From: Candidatus Bathyarchaeota archaeon
Lineage (GTDB): Archaea; Thermoproteota; Bathyarchaeia; Bathyarchaeales; Bathyarchaeaceae
Assembly (NCBI GenBank): GCA_963697165.1
Contig: CAVOMX010000024.1
Span: forward strand, 84,767 to 148,766
DNA length: 64,000 nucleotides
Direction of reading: 5' to 3'
The translations under genes and the position numbers were made by a program. Below the pieces are notes generated by a model, which worked only from the letters and a program-made list of their open reading frames with translations, had not been told where the DNA came from and searched no databases. Positions 53,380-64,000 of this stretch are shown here, piece by piece; position 1 is the first letter of the stretch; each line of letters opens with the position of its first letter.

Positions 53380-53703
53380 TTACTTGGTTGGGTTGGAGAG
53401 GAAGCTTTCTTTTTCTTGTTCTATGCGTTGAGTTTCTTCGGTTTTAGTTTTAACGATGTTGTCTATGACTTCTTCAAGAGGCACAGCAACGAAAAATGTT
53501 TGGTTTTCAGTTTTTAAAATCACGAACCCCTTTTCATGCAAGTTTCTAAGGCTGCAACAGAGTTGTTGGTCATCAGCATTTAAGGCATAAGCTAAGTCTT
53601 TTTCTTCGTGTGGACCTTTTTTTGCTAGGTAAATGTACACTTGAGCATCCATCTCTGTGAGTCCTAAGCTCATTAATGCTTTAAGTGCCAATGTTAAACT
53701 CAA
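53380..53703 (-). CDS. Short TrmB-type HTH protein (module 1)
   Basis: LMSLGLTEMDAQVYIYLAKKGP...LRNLHEKGFV. Confidence 0.85.
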   Translation of the reverse strand: MSLTLALKALMSLGLTEMDAQVYIYLAKKGPHEEKDLAYALNADDQQLCCSLRNLHEKGFVILKTENQTFFVAVPLEEVIDNIVKTKTEETQRIEQEKESFLSNPTK

Positions 53704-53789
53704 TTTTATTCATCCAATGAGGCAGTAACGAACTACTGAAAACCCAAAAAAGGAAAGAAGGTATTTGTGATAGCGATACTCCCTTCTTT

Positions 53790-54215
53790 TTATTTGCCTA
53801 CTAAAACCTCTCTGTAGTGTACTCCGTCAGGATAATTCTGTAATGCCCACATGTGAAGACCTATGTATGCATTAGTTCCAGGAGCAGCGCCATAAACGAA
53901 GGCAAGCCAATCTCCATAAATAACTGCAGAGAAGAAAAGCCATTTGTTTTCCATTTCAGAAACTTGAGAAATGTCAGTGACTACAAAAGCGTTGTTTCTT
54001 TTAAAATCTCTTGCGTCCATCCACATGAGATGTTTATCTATTCCATTCACCCATTCTTGGTTCATCCCGCTTGGTAATCCAATAGCAACTCCATAAGAAG
54101 GAAAATCAACATTTGGGTTGTTCACTGCATTTTGAGGTCCAATAGCCAAAACTGGAGTTGTCAGCATAACTACAGCCGCCAATGTTGCGAAAAGGGCAAA
54201 TATTTTTTTATTCAA
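53790..54215 (-). CDS. Predicted secreted protein (module 1)
   Basis: Signal peptide (M)NKKIFALFATLAAVVMLTTPVLA; GGAGGTGA RBS. Confidence 0.8.
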   Translation of the reverse strand: MNKKIFALFATLAAVVMLTTPVLAIGPQNAVNNPNVDFPSYGVAIGLPSGMNQEWVNGIDKHLMWMDARDFKRNNAFVVTDISQVSEMENKWLFFSAVIYGDWLAFVYGAAPGTNAYIGLHMWALQNYPDGVHYREVLVGK

Positions 54216-54375
54216 ATTCTTCACCTCCCTTTGAACGATAAAGTACCACGTTCTCTTTTGGTGTTTGAACTCTATATTCTATAGGTAGTCGGAAAAAATA
54301 CGACCAAGTAGAGAATTCTTCCATAATTAACTTAAGCGCAAAACGTTCATGTCTTATTTGGCGTGGAGGGGTTAG

Positions 54376-56526
54376 TTGAGCCAAGAACAAGTACTCAAGA
54401 CGCTCACAAACCTCGGATTCGATGAGAATGACGCCCAAGTGTACGTTTATTTGGCAAAAAAGGGTATGCAGAAAGCAAGCGAAATATGTAAAGCGACCAA
54501 GTTAACAAAGCAGCAGCTGTATCCGAGCTTAAAACGGCTGCAAAGCAAAGGCATAGTAAGTTCAACAATTGAACATCCCGCGCGCTTTAGCGCATTAGCC
54601 TTCGAAAAAGTATTGGACCATTTTATTAAAGCGAAAATGGAAGAAACACAAAGTCTGCAGGAAAGCAAAGCTGAAATTCTCTCTAACTGGCAGAACCTCA
54701 AACTCGAAGATACCACGTCAGCAAAATTTACAATAATAGAAGGCAGAAGTTACATTTACTCTAAAATCCAACATATGATTCAAGAAACGAGAAACCAAAT
54801 TCTAACCATAACCACGGTTCCCGCTCTGTTGCAAGCGAACCAACGTGACATTTTCGACGTTAACTCCAATCACCTTTTAAAATCCAAGATTCAGTTCCGC
54901 TTCTTAACCGAACTGTCACAACAAAACATACATGCTATCAAAGCATTCTTGAAAGAATTCGCGAACGCTAGGCTCAACTTTGAGGGGAGAAATCCAGATC
55001 TAGGTATGACGCTTTTCCCACAGATGCTCATAAGAGACGGGGAAGAAGCATTGTTTTTCGTCAACACCCGAACAGAAACGTCAATAATTGAAAAGGATGA
55101 TGTGTGCCTCTGGACGGATTGCAAAACCCTCGTTAAAGCATTCACTGCAGTCTTTGAGGAGTCTTGGCACAACTCAACTGACATCCAAGAAAGAATAACT
55201 GAGATCGAAACGGGTAAGCTGACCCCAAAAATGTTGATTATTGTAGATGGCGAAATAGCCAAAAAGAAGTATAATAAAATCGTGAATTCGGCTAAAGAGG
55301 AAATCTTAATCATCACTTCCTCGAAAGGTCTCGTCGATTTATGGAAAAACAATACACAACTCAATGAATTGATTGAAAAGGGCGTAGCCATCAAGATTAT
55401 GGCACCAATCGTGGGCGAAGACTTGGAAGCCGCCAAACAACTTTCCAGATTTTGTTCTGTTAAGCATGTTCCGCCAAACTATCTACCAACCACAATTATT
55501 GATGGAAAACACCTTTTCCAGTTCAAAAAATCCACTACAGAGAAGCAACCGCTTGATGCATTGCCACAATTCGAAAACACTTTTTACACCAACAATCCCG
55601 AATACGTGGAAAAAACGAAAACCATGCTAAATGAAATCTGGAAAAATACTAGTCCCCCGTCTGCTGACAACTTGAAATCGATCTTTGGACCAGGTGTTCG
55701 GAGTCAAAGCGGTGCTTTTTTTCCAGGAGCAATTCACAGTCCCGGTCCGCATGGAACGTTTTATCCTTCACCTCCTGACCCTACAAAGAAAGGCGATTAC
55801 CCAGTCATTGAAATTGTTAATGAAGACCCTTCGGGAAAAATGAAAGAACAAGACGTTTTGAACGAAATTATTACAGCACAAAAAAATCCACCTAAAGATC
55901 AGGTGTGGAAATTTTATTCTAGCCAGGCAGTGGCTATCATTCACCCCTCGGACATCTTTAATTTGCCCCCTATGCTGATTCGCGTCCATCATATTGAAAA
56001 ACATTCCACATTCGGTGAACAAGATGTCATAATGATCAGCTTGTGGCTTGAGACATCCAATGGTCACGCATATGTGCCAGTTGCTGTCTTGGTGGACAGC
56101 CCCCAGGCTCAGCCTTATTGGGAAAAACATTTTGCAGCTTCACCAGCAGGTCAAAACGTTCAGGTGGCAAAGAAAGGCGAGCTACAGATTCGGGTACATG
56201 GTAACACTCTTTTCGCTGGGTGGACAGTCCCAATCCCTCTTTTTCCGGCACAGAACATCCTTCCTCCTGCATGTATGTTGATTGAAGGCTACGGAGAAGT
56301 CAAGACCGCCGCATACACGATAATTCAACCCTGGGGCGGAGAGTTTAAGGCTAAACAAAACGGCTTCGACGCCTTCGTAACTTTTATGCATCCCTCCTCA
56401 AAATATTCTGGACCAGGCACAGATGGATTCTTAGTAAGAGATTTCATCGGTGATGTAACGACTCAATTCGCTGAAGGGGTCCGTCCAACTCTGCACATCA
56501 ATCTGATTGAGAAAAAGAAATCGTGA
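54376..56526 (+). CDS. Long TrmB-family regulator: HTH + two effector-type domains + novel C-terminal domain (module 1)
   Basis: LGFDENDAQVYVYLAKKG...LKRLQSKGIV...HPARF; FTIIEGR; IIDGKHLFQF; C-terminal GFDAFVTFMHPSSKYSGPGTDG. Confidence 0.88.
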   Translation: MSQEQVLKTLTNLGFDENDAQVYVYLAKKGMQKASEICKATKLTKQQLYPSLKRLQSKGIVSSTIEHPARFSALAFEKVLDHFIKAKMEETQSLQESKAEILSNWQNLKLEDTTSAKFTIIEGRSYIYSKIQHMIQETRNQILTITTVPALLQANQRDIFDVNSNHLLKSKIQFRFLTELSQQNIHAIKAFLKEFANARLNFEGRNPDLGMTLFPQMLIRDGEEALFFVNTRTETSIIEKDDVCLWTDCKTLVKAFTAVFEESWHNSTDIQERITEIETGKLTPKMLIIVDGEIAKKKYNKIVNSAKEEILIITSSKGLVDLWKNNTQLNELIEKGVAIKIMAPIVGEDLEAAKQLSRFCSVKHVPPNYLPTTIIDGKHLFQFKKSTTEKQPLDALPQFENTFYTNNPEYVEKTKTMLNEIWKNTSPPSADNLKSIFGPGVRSQSGAFFPGAIHSPGPHGTFYPSPPDPTKKGDYPVIEIVNEDPSGKMKEQDVLNEIITAQKNPPKDQVWKFYSSQAVAIIHPSDIFNLPPMLIRVHHIEKHSTFGEQDVIMISLWLETSNGHAYVPVAVLVDSPQAQPYWEKHFAASPAGQNVQVAKKGELQIRVHGNTLFAGWTVPIPLFPAQNILPPACMLIEGYGEVKTAAYTIIQPWGGEFKAKQNGFDAFVTFMHPSSKYSGPGTDGFLVRDFIGDVTTQFAEGVRPTLHINLIEKKKS

Positions 56527-56640
56527 TAAGAAATAGCCACATTGTATCGCGGGCTCTGGTAGAGTCTTTTGCTATTATACTGATACGTTTCCATTAAATT
56601 TTAAATTGCAAACGGTTGATATCTTTGTTCAGATTTACTG

Positions 56641-57234
56641 ATGAATGCCCGATCAATTGCGCTAATAGCTACTTTTGCCGCTATTGCCATTGCTTTAAAT
56701 ACTGTCAGGATTCCCACGATTTATTGGCCGGGATTTTCTTATCATTTTAATGAAATTCCAATAGTAGTTGCGTTCCTGCTTTTTGGTCCCAAGATTGGCG
56801 TCTTGGTTGGTAGTTCTTCATCTTGCAGGTCAGGAAGCTTTGTTTCCTGTCGGTCCGGTTGGCATCGTAGTATATCCAATGGGTTTTATGGCTTTACTCG
56901 TCATGCTTTTTGGCATATATTTAGCAATTAGGTTCATTATCTACAAAGTTGCACCGGAGATGCCTATTGATGAGAAAAAGCGAACCATTTATTTGACTGC
57001 CTTTGCAGCCGTGTGTCGGGGAGCAGTTATGCCTCTAATTGCTTATGGCGTTCTGTACCGTTTCCTGTTACCGCTGGTTTTGGGGACTCCTATTCCTGAA
57101 GCATACATAGCAGCATTAGTGCCCAGTTTTGTTCTATATAATGTTACATACCCCTCTACACAATTCCTATCAGCTATGTTATAGCAAGAAGAGTAAGCAA
57201 TTACCTAAAACTGGAAGCGGAGCCTATAATATAG
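56641..57234 (+). CDS. ECF transporter S-component-like membrane protein (module 1; two frameshifts)
   Basis: MNARSIALIATFAAIAIAL, EIPIVVAFLLFGPKIG, several TM helices. Confidence 0.7.
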
Positions 57235-57351
57235 GTCTGAGAATCCAGCAATGCTCTATCTCAATTTTTGCTGCTCTTCTTTCTGAAGGGCAACTTATTA
57301 GTCAAGTATTTAGAGTCTTGATCATGTGTAGCCGATAGAAAGGACGACCCT

Positions 57352-57488
57352 AAAAAAAGGGGAGTTTGCGGGTGATGTCTCCATTGGTCCCCGGTGAAAA
57401 TCCCTACTGGTATAGTGGACTTATCTTAAGAATTAAAAAAATGGGAATTTTGCAGGAGATTTCTCCCCTGTGAGGAGAGTTCAAATCT
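57352..57488 (+). repeat. Island repeat copies 3 and 4 (tandem, shortened)
   Basis: AAAAAAAGGGGAGTTTGCGGGTGATGTCTCCATTG (from 57352) and AAAAAAATGGGAATTTTGCAGGAGATTTCTCCCCTG...GAGAGTTCAAATCT (57435-57488). Confidence 0.75.
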
Positions 57489-57551
57489 AAACTTATAGAT
57501 TTGGACTGGATGGTTTACCATGTTGTCGTCGTTAGCTAACTCTTCCTACCA

Positions 57552-59729
<2,178 letters not shown>

Positions 59730-59813
59730 CTAACTCCTTTCTGTATGTTTTTTGGAAAAAGTTATTCTAAAAAAAAGTAGCTGTTTATGCTTTTTAATAT
59801 TTTGGAGATAGTC

Positions 59814-59885
59814 AAAAAAGGGGGAGTTTGCGGGATTTTTTTGTGGGTCGGGAGATATCTCCACTGACCGTGGGTTCAAAATCTC
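59814..59885 (+). repeat. Island repeat copy 5
   Basis: AAAAAAGGGGGAGTTTGCGGGATTTTTTTGTGGGTCGGGAGATATCTCCACTGACCGTGGGTTCAAAATCTC. Confidence 0.88.
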
Positions 59886-60016
59886 AGAGATAATAAATGG
59901 GACTGGGGTCTATTCTAGACTTCAGTAATTCTAACATACATTCGAAATGGTAATTAACTGTTTGTGGAATTTTTCTTAATTATGGTTTCCAAGTTTGAGA
60001 GAAGAGGTTTTTTTGT

Positions 60017-60367
60017 TCACAATTTTTTGGAATTCTTCTTTGTGATATTTTGCCATCTTGATAAGAGTTCATCTTTCTTTTTTTTAATGAACTCTGCTTC
60101 TTCCAATTTAGTTTCCCTAAAAGAATCTAATGAATCTTCAATAGTTAATGCTGTAAATAATGCAGGACGCTTAAGGGATGCTTCAACTAACCCTAATTTC
60201 TGAAGCTTTTTTACACTACGATAGACCTGCTGCTTATACAAATTTAGTTCCTGCGATAACTCTACACCTTTCTTCGAACCATTAGTGGCAAGATAAAGGT
60301 AAACTTCAGCATCTACTTTTCCAATTCCAAGACTTGTAAGTAATCTCAATAGTTTATTACGACTCAT
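60017..60367 (-). CDS. Short TrmB-type HTH protein (module 2)
   Basis: LTSLGIGKVDAEVYLYLATNG...VYRSVKKLQKLGLVEASLKRPALF. Confidence 0.88.
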   Translation of the reverse strand: MSRNKLLRLLTSLGIGKVDAEVYLYLATNGSKKGVELSQELNLYKQQVYRSVKKLQKLGLVEASLKRPALFTALTIEDSLDSFRETKLEEAEFIKKKKDELLSRWQNITKKNSKKL

Positions 60368-60442
60368 TTAATCCCATCCTTTTTAATATAAAAAAAGAGG
60401 AAATAATTAGGGTATATTTTTGTAAACGACTTGTGGTTAGCT

Positions 60443-61147
60443 TTATGGTACTGGCATTGGTGGTATACAGGTGTCGATAGCATGCATTATAACTTTACAA
60501 TCGGTCATTGGTGCTGCATCATAATTCCATCCTGGACAAGTTAATGTTCCGTCTGCATTAAAGCCCATTCTATCTTGAGTAAGAGTGTAACCTGAAGCCA
60601 TAGGATAGAAGTCTAAGGTCATGGCTCCTTCAAAGTGGAATGAGCCACCAACCTTGTCTAACTCCATTGTAAAAGCAGGTATAACTAGATAATGTGGTGA
60701 AGGTATTATAACTAAGCATGATAGATCTACAGTTAAACTAGCGGTGATGCTGTTTCCATGCCTATCCACTTGCAGTATCTCCTCTGAAACCTCCCAATTG
60801 TTTGGACCCGCTGGTACTCCAGTCCACAGGTTTTTCATAAAATCCATATAATTAGTATTTGTTCCAATGACCGCCAAAGGCATAAAAATGCCAGCATCAG
60901 GAGTAAGTTGCCACCACATTTCTATCTGTAAATAATCTCCAGGTCCATAAGTTGAATCTGCAATGTCAAAAGCATTTATTCTAAGGAGTCCAACAGGAGT
61001 TTCCTTAACACCTGTACCCACACTAGCATATGTTACAATGACACCTTCAGGAACCTTAAATTTTTTAGCGAAAGCTGGAGCGAAAGAACTGAAAACCATA
61101 AGTGCTACAACAATAAAAATAACTGAAATTGATATTTTCTTTTTCAT
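60443..61147 (-). CDS. Predicted secreted protein (module 2), similar to the C-terminal domain of the long TrmB regulators
   Basis: Signal peptide MKKKISISVIFIVVALMVFSSFAPAFA; GGAGGTGA RBS; motifs STYG, MPLAV, PAGPN, LQVDRHGNS, GFNA. Confidence 0.82.
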   Translation of the reverse strand: MKKKISISVIFIVVALMVFSSFAPAFAKKFKVPEGVIVTYASVGTGVKETPVGLLRINAFDIADSTYGPGDYLQIEMWWQLTPDAGIFMPLAVIGTNTNYMDFMKNLWTGVPAGPNNWEVSEEILQVDRHGNSITASLTVDLSCLVIIPSPHYLVIPAFTMELDKVGGSFHFEGAMTLDFYPMASGYTLTQDRMGFNADGTLTCPGWNYDAAPMTDCKVIMHAIDTCIPPMPVP

Positions 61148-61275
61148 TTTTTCACCTCCCCCTGATGGATTTAGTGGAGATTCATATCCTCCAATCAGAA
61201 AAAAGTTATAGCGTTAATGATTATTAAAAAGGGGATGTACGGAAAAGTCACCTCTTTAGCAGGTTGCAGTTAACG

Positions 61276-63323
61276 ATGAGTACAGATACAATAGTGATCG
61301 CTCTCAAGAATTTTGGATTGACCAATAAAGAGGTAGAAGCATACATTCTTCTTGCAAAAAAGGGTCCCATAAAAGGAACAGAACTTGCTAGATTAATGAA
61401 AAGAAACAAGGGTCAAATTTATCGAATACTAAAAAATCTCCAGAAGAAAGGATTTGTAGAATCAACTCTTGAATATCCCAGACGTTTTACATCAGTTCCT
61501 TTTGGAAAGACTTTAGATCAATTAATAAGAATCAAGCAAGAAGAAGCTGCATTTATAGAGAAAACAAAAAAAGATTGGCTCAAGGATTGGAAAAAAATTA
61601 GCAAACCTCGAATCCAACAATCAATGGAAAAGTTTGTAGTTATTGAAGGTAGCAAAAAAATTTACTCAAAAATTGCTGAAATGATTGAGAACACAACAAT
61701 CAAGTTATCAGCAATATCAACTGTCAAAGATTTGGTTCGAGCTGAACAGTTTGGCGTCTTTGACTTTGCCTATAAGCATCCATTAAAAACTGAAGTTAAG
61801 TTCCGTTTTCTCACAGAAATAAATAATCAAAACCTAAAGGCGATTAAGCTACTAAAAACCAAATTAAGGGCAGAACTTGATTTTAAGGGAAGAAATCCTG
61901 ACCTAGGCTTAAGCTTGTTTCCTAGAATGGTGTGTAAGAGATGAAGAGGAAATCCTATTCTTCATATCAACAAGAACAGACCGTCCCACTAAAGAACAGG
62001 AAGTGTGCCTATTCACAAACTGCAAATCATTGGTTCAAGCATTCTCAAAGGTCTTTGAAGATTTATGGCGCAACTCAACAAATATAGAGAAAAAAATAGA
62101 GGAGATAGAAACCGGAATAAAGACTCCCAAAACATTCATTATCAATGATGCTGGGACTGCCAAAAATAGGTATAGTGAGATTGTCAACTCTGCCAATAAA
62201 GAAATTCTTGATGATGACCTCTTCAGAAGGACTAATCGGATTGTATAAAAACCTTGATTCATTAAAGGGTTTGGCGGAAAAAGATGTTTCAATAAAGATT
62301 TTAGCCCCAATAGTGAAAAAGAATCTTAAGGCAACCCAATATCTCTCCAAGTTCTGTGAAATCAGACATACACCACTAAGTTATGTTCAGACAACTCTTG
62401 TTGATGGAGAACACTTGTTTCAATTTAAGACTCCACCTTTTAGTCAAAGCATTTCAGAATCATCAATTTTTGAAAGTACCTTTTACTCAAATGATTCAAA
62501 ATATGTTAAAAGAACAAGAATAATGTTTAATGACCTTTGGAAAAGAGCCCAATCTCCATCCAAAATCACGCTTGATTCAATAACCAGTAGGAAATCTAGA
62601 ACTCAGATTTCTATTCCGGAGGAAACAGATTATTCACTATACTACAAAACATTCGGTTGGACCAAAGATCCAAAGTCCAATGATTTACGGGAAAAAGATA
62701 TTATTGAAAAAATTGTGAATGCCAAAAAATATCCAGGAGAAAACTGGAAAAATGATGTACTCAGGTATTATGGTAGTTCTGCTAAAGCTATTATTCATCC
62801 ACCAAAGAATTTTGGTTTACCAGATTTGATTATTGATGTTTTAAAATTTAATAGTCAGTCTTCTTTTGGTGCTGAGGATATTCTTTCGGTTTATTTGATG
62901 AATTATGGGACAGTTGCAACTATTCAAACTAATCCTGCAGCTGTTGATTATCGGAAAAAAGCTGTTTTTGCAAACACTCCAGCGGAAAATAATATCCAAC
63001 TATTAAAAGATGAAGAGTTTCAGGTTCGAGTTCAAGGTAACACTCTTTTTTGCGCATGGACAATTCCATTACCGCTTATCGAAAACTACATTCTTCCACC
63101 AGCATGCATACTATTTGAAGGACATGGGGAACTCAGAACAGGTATAATTCGATCAAGTATCAACAATCGTAAACAGGTAACAGAGTATAATGCTCTTGAC
63201 GCATTTGTAACATTCTTTCATCCATCATCAAAGTATTCAGGTCCAGGTACTGACGGTTTTTTTGCTAGAGACTTAATTTTCACTTCTATTCCGGAAAAAT
63301 CAGCTGCTTTGCAAAAGCAATAA
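61276..63323 (+). CDS. Long TrmB-family regulator (module 2; two frameshifts), paralog of 54376-56526
   Basis: FGLTNKEVEAYILLAKKG, FVVIEG, GRNPDLGLSLFP, LVDGEHLFQF, DAFVTFFHPSSKYSGPGTDG. Confidence 0.87.
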
Positions 63324-63384
63324 ATATCAAACGAAAACAAAAACTGCTTTGGTAATACTTTCTAGAATTCAAGGGATCATTGAT

Positions 63385-63942
63385 ATGATTAGCAGTAGAG
63401 ATCTTGCATTAATCATAGTCTTTGCTGTTCTGACTTTTGTCTTTATGTTATTAATAGGCCAAGTTCCTGAATTGGTTACTGGGATTCCTGGAATCTCATA
63501 TGTTTTCACTATAGTCTATGCTATTAATCAAACTGTTGCCCGGCTGATGTTTGAAGGAAGGAGGTGGAGAATCTTTGCCCGGGGTTCATTAGTTAGTTTG
63601 CTTGGCTTTTCATTCATTCTAACTTGGAATCGACCTTTAGGAATGGCTACAATATTAAACGCCTTCATTGTTGATGTTGTTTTCAACAGCGTTTACGGAT
63701 TATTTGAACAGAAGAATAAACTTCTTTGGTGGGCGATTCTTTCTGAAGTTTATTATTGGCCAACACACTCATTGTGGATTGTAGTATTTGGTTCATTATT
63801 TTTCTATCCTTTTGAATTGATTATGGAGCAATGGGTTATTCCCATAATGTCTGTGATGCTCCCCATCATGATAATTGAAGGAATAGCAGGCGGATACATA
63901 GGATACAAAATTTATCAGCGCGTGAAGAAAATTCAAAACTAA
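63385..63942 (+). CDS. ECF S-component-like membrane protein (module 2)
   Basis: MISSRDLALIIVFAVL N-terminal helix, about 6 TM segments, C-terminal IAGGYIGYKIYQRVKK. Confidence 0.7.
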   Translation: MISSRDLALIIVFAVLTFVFMLLIGQVPELVTGIPGISYVFTIVYAINQTVARLMFEGRRWRIFARGSLVSLLGFSFILTWNRPLGMATILNAFIVDVVFNSVYGLFEQKNKLLWWAILSEVYYWPTHSLWIVVFGSLFFYPFELIMEQWVIPIMSVMLPIMIIEGIAGGYIGYKIYQRVKKIQN

Positions 63943-63945
63943 TAG

Positions 63946-64000
63946 AAAAAGGGGGGAGTTTGCGGGATTTTTTATTGTGGGTCGGGAGATATCTCCACTG
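63946..64000 (+). repeat. Island repeat copy 6 (truncated by window end)
   Basis: AAAAAGGGGGGAGTTTGCGGGATTTTTTATTGTGGGTCGGGAGATATCTCCACTG, near-identical to copy 5. Confidence 0.88.

Overview
Archaeal chromosomal segment. The gene content (rps13-rps4-rps11-rpoD-rpl18e-rpl13-rps9-rpoN-eno-rps2 cluster, Lsm-rpl37e, AcnX/UbiD mevalonate genes, intron-containing tRNA) fits an anaerobic archaeon; Bathyarchaeia is an inference, not proven. Many genes, including essential ones, are split by single-base indels, most plausibly long-read consensus errors. Positions 1-50 kb are mostly core genes with three unusual inserts: (i) an ArsR-type HTH fused to a catalytically dead class III ribonucleotide reductase, directly upstream of an nrdH-nrdD pair; (ii) a PLP enzyme/GNAT/ATP-grasp/MurL-like cluster; (iii) an aconitase-ATP citrate lyase-isocitrate dehydrogenase operon. 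From tRNA-Ile (50.6 kb) to the window end lies an accessory island. It begins with an integrase remnant and is punctuated by at least 6 copies of a hairpin-forming, partly tRNA-like repeat that separates gene blocks (Fic, Zn-finger proteins, katG, and two copies of a four-gene module). Each module is: short TrmB-HTH, secreted protein, long TrmB regulator, ECF S-component-like membrane protein. The regulators' C-terminal domain visibly aligns with the secreted protein of module 2, which suggests an undescribed secreted-binder/importer/sensor system. All calls come from visual motif recognition; no database searches were run.
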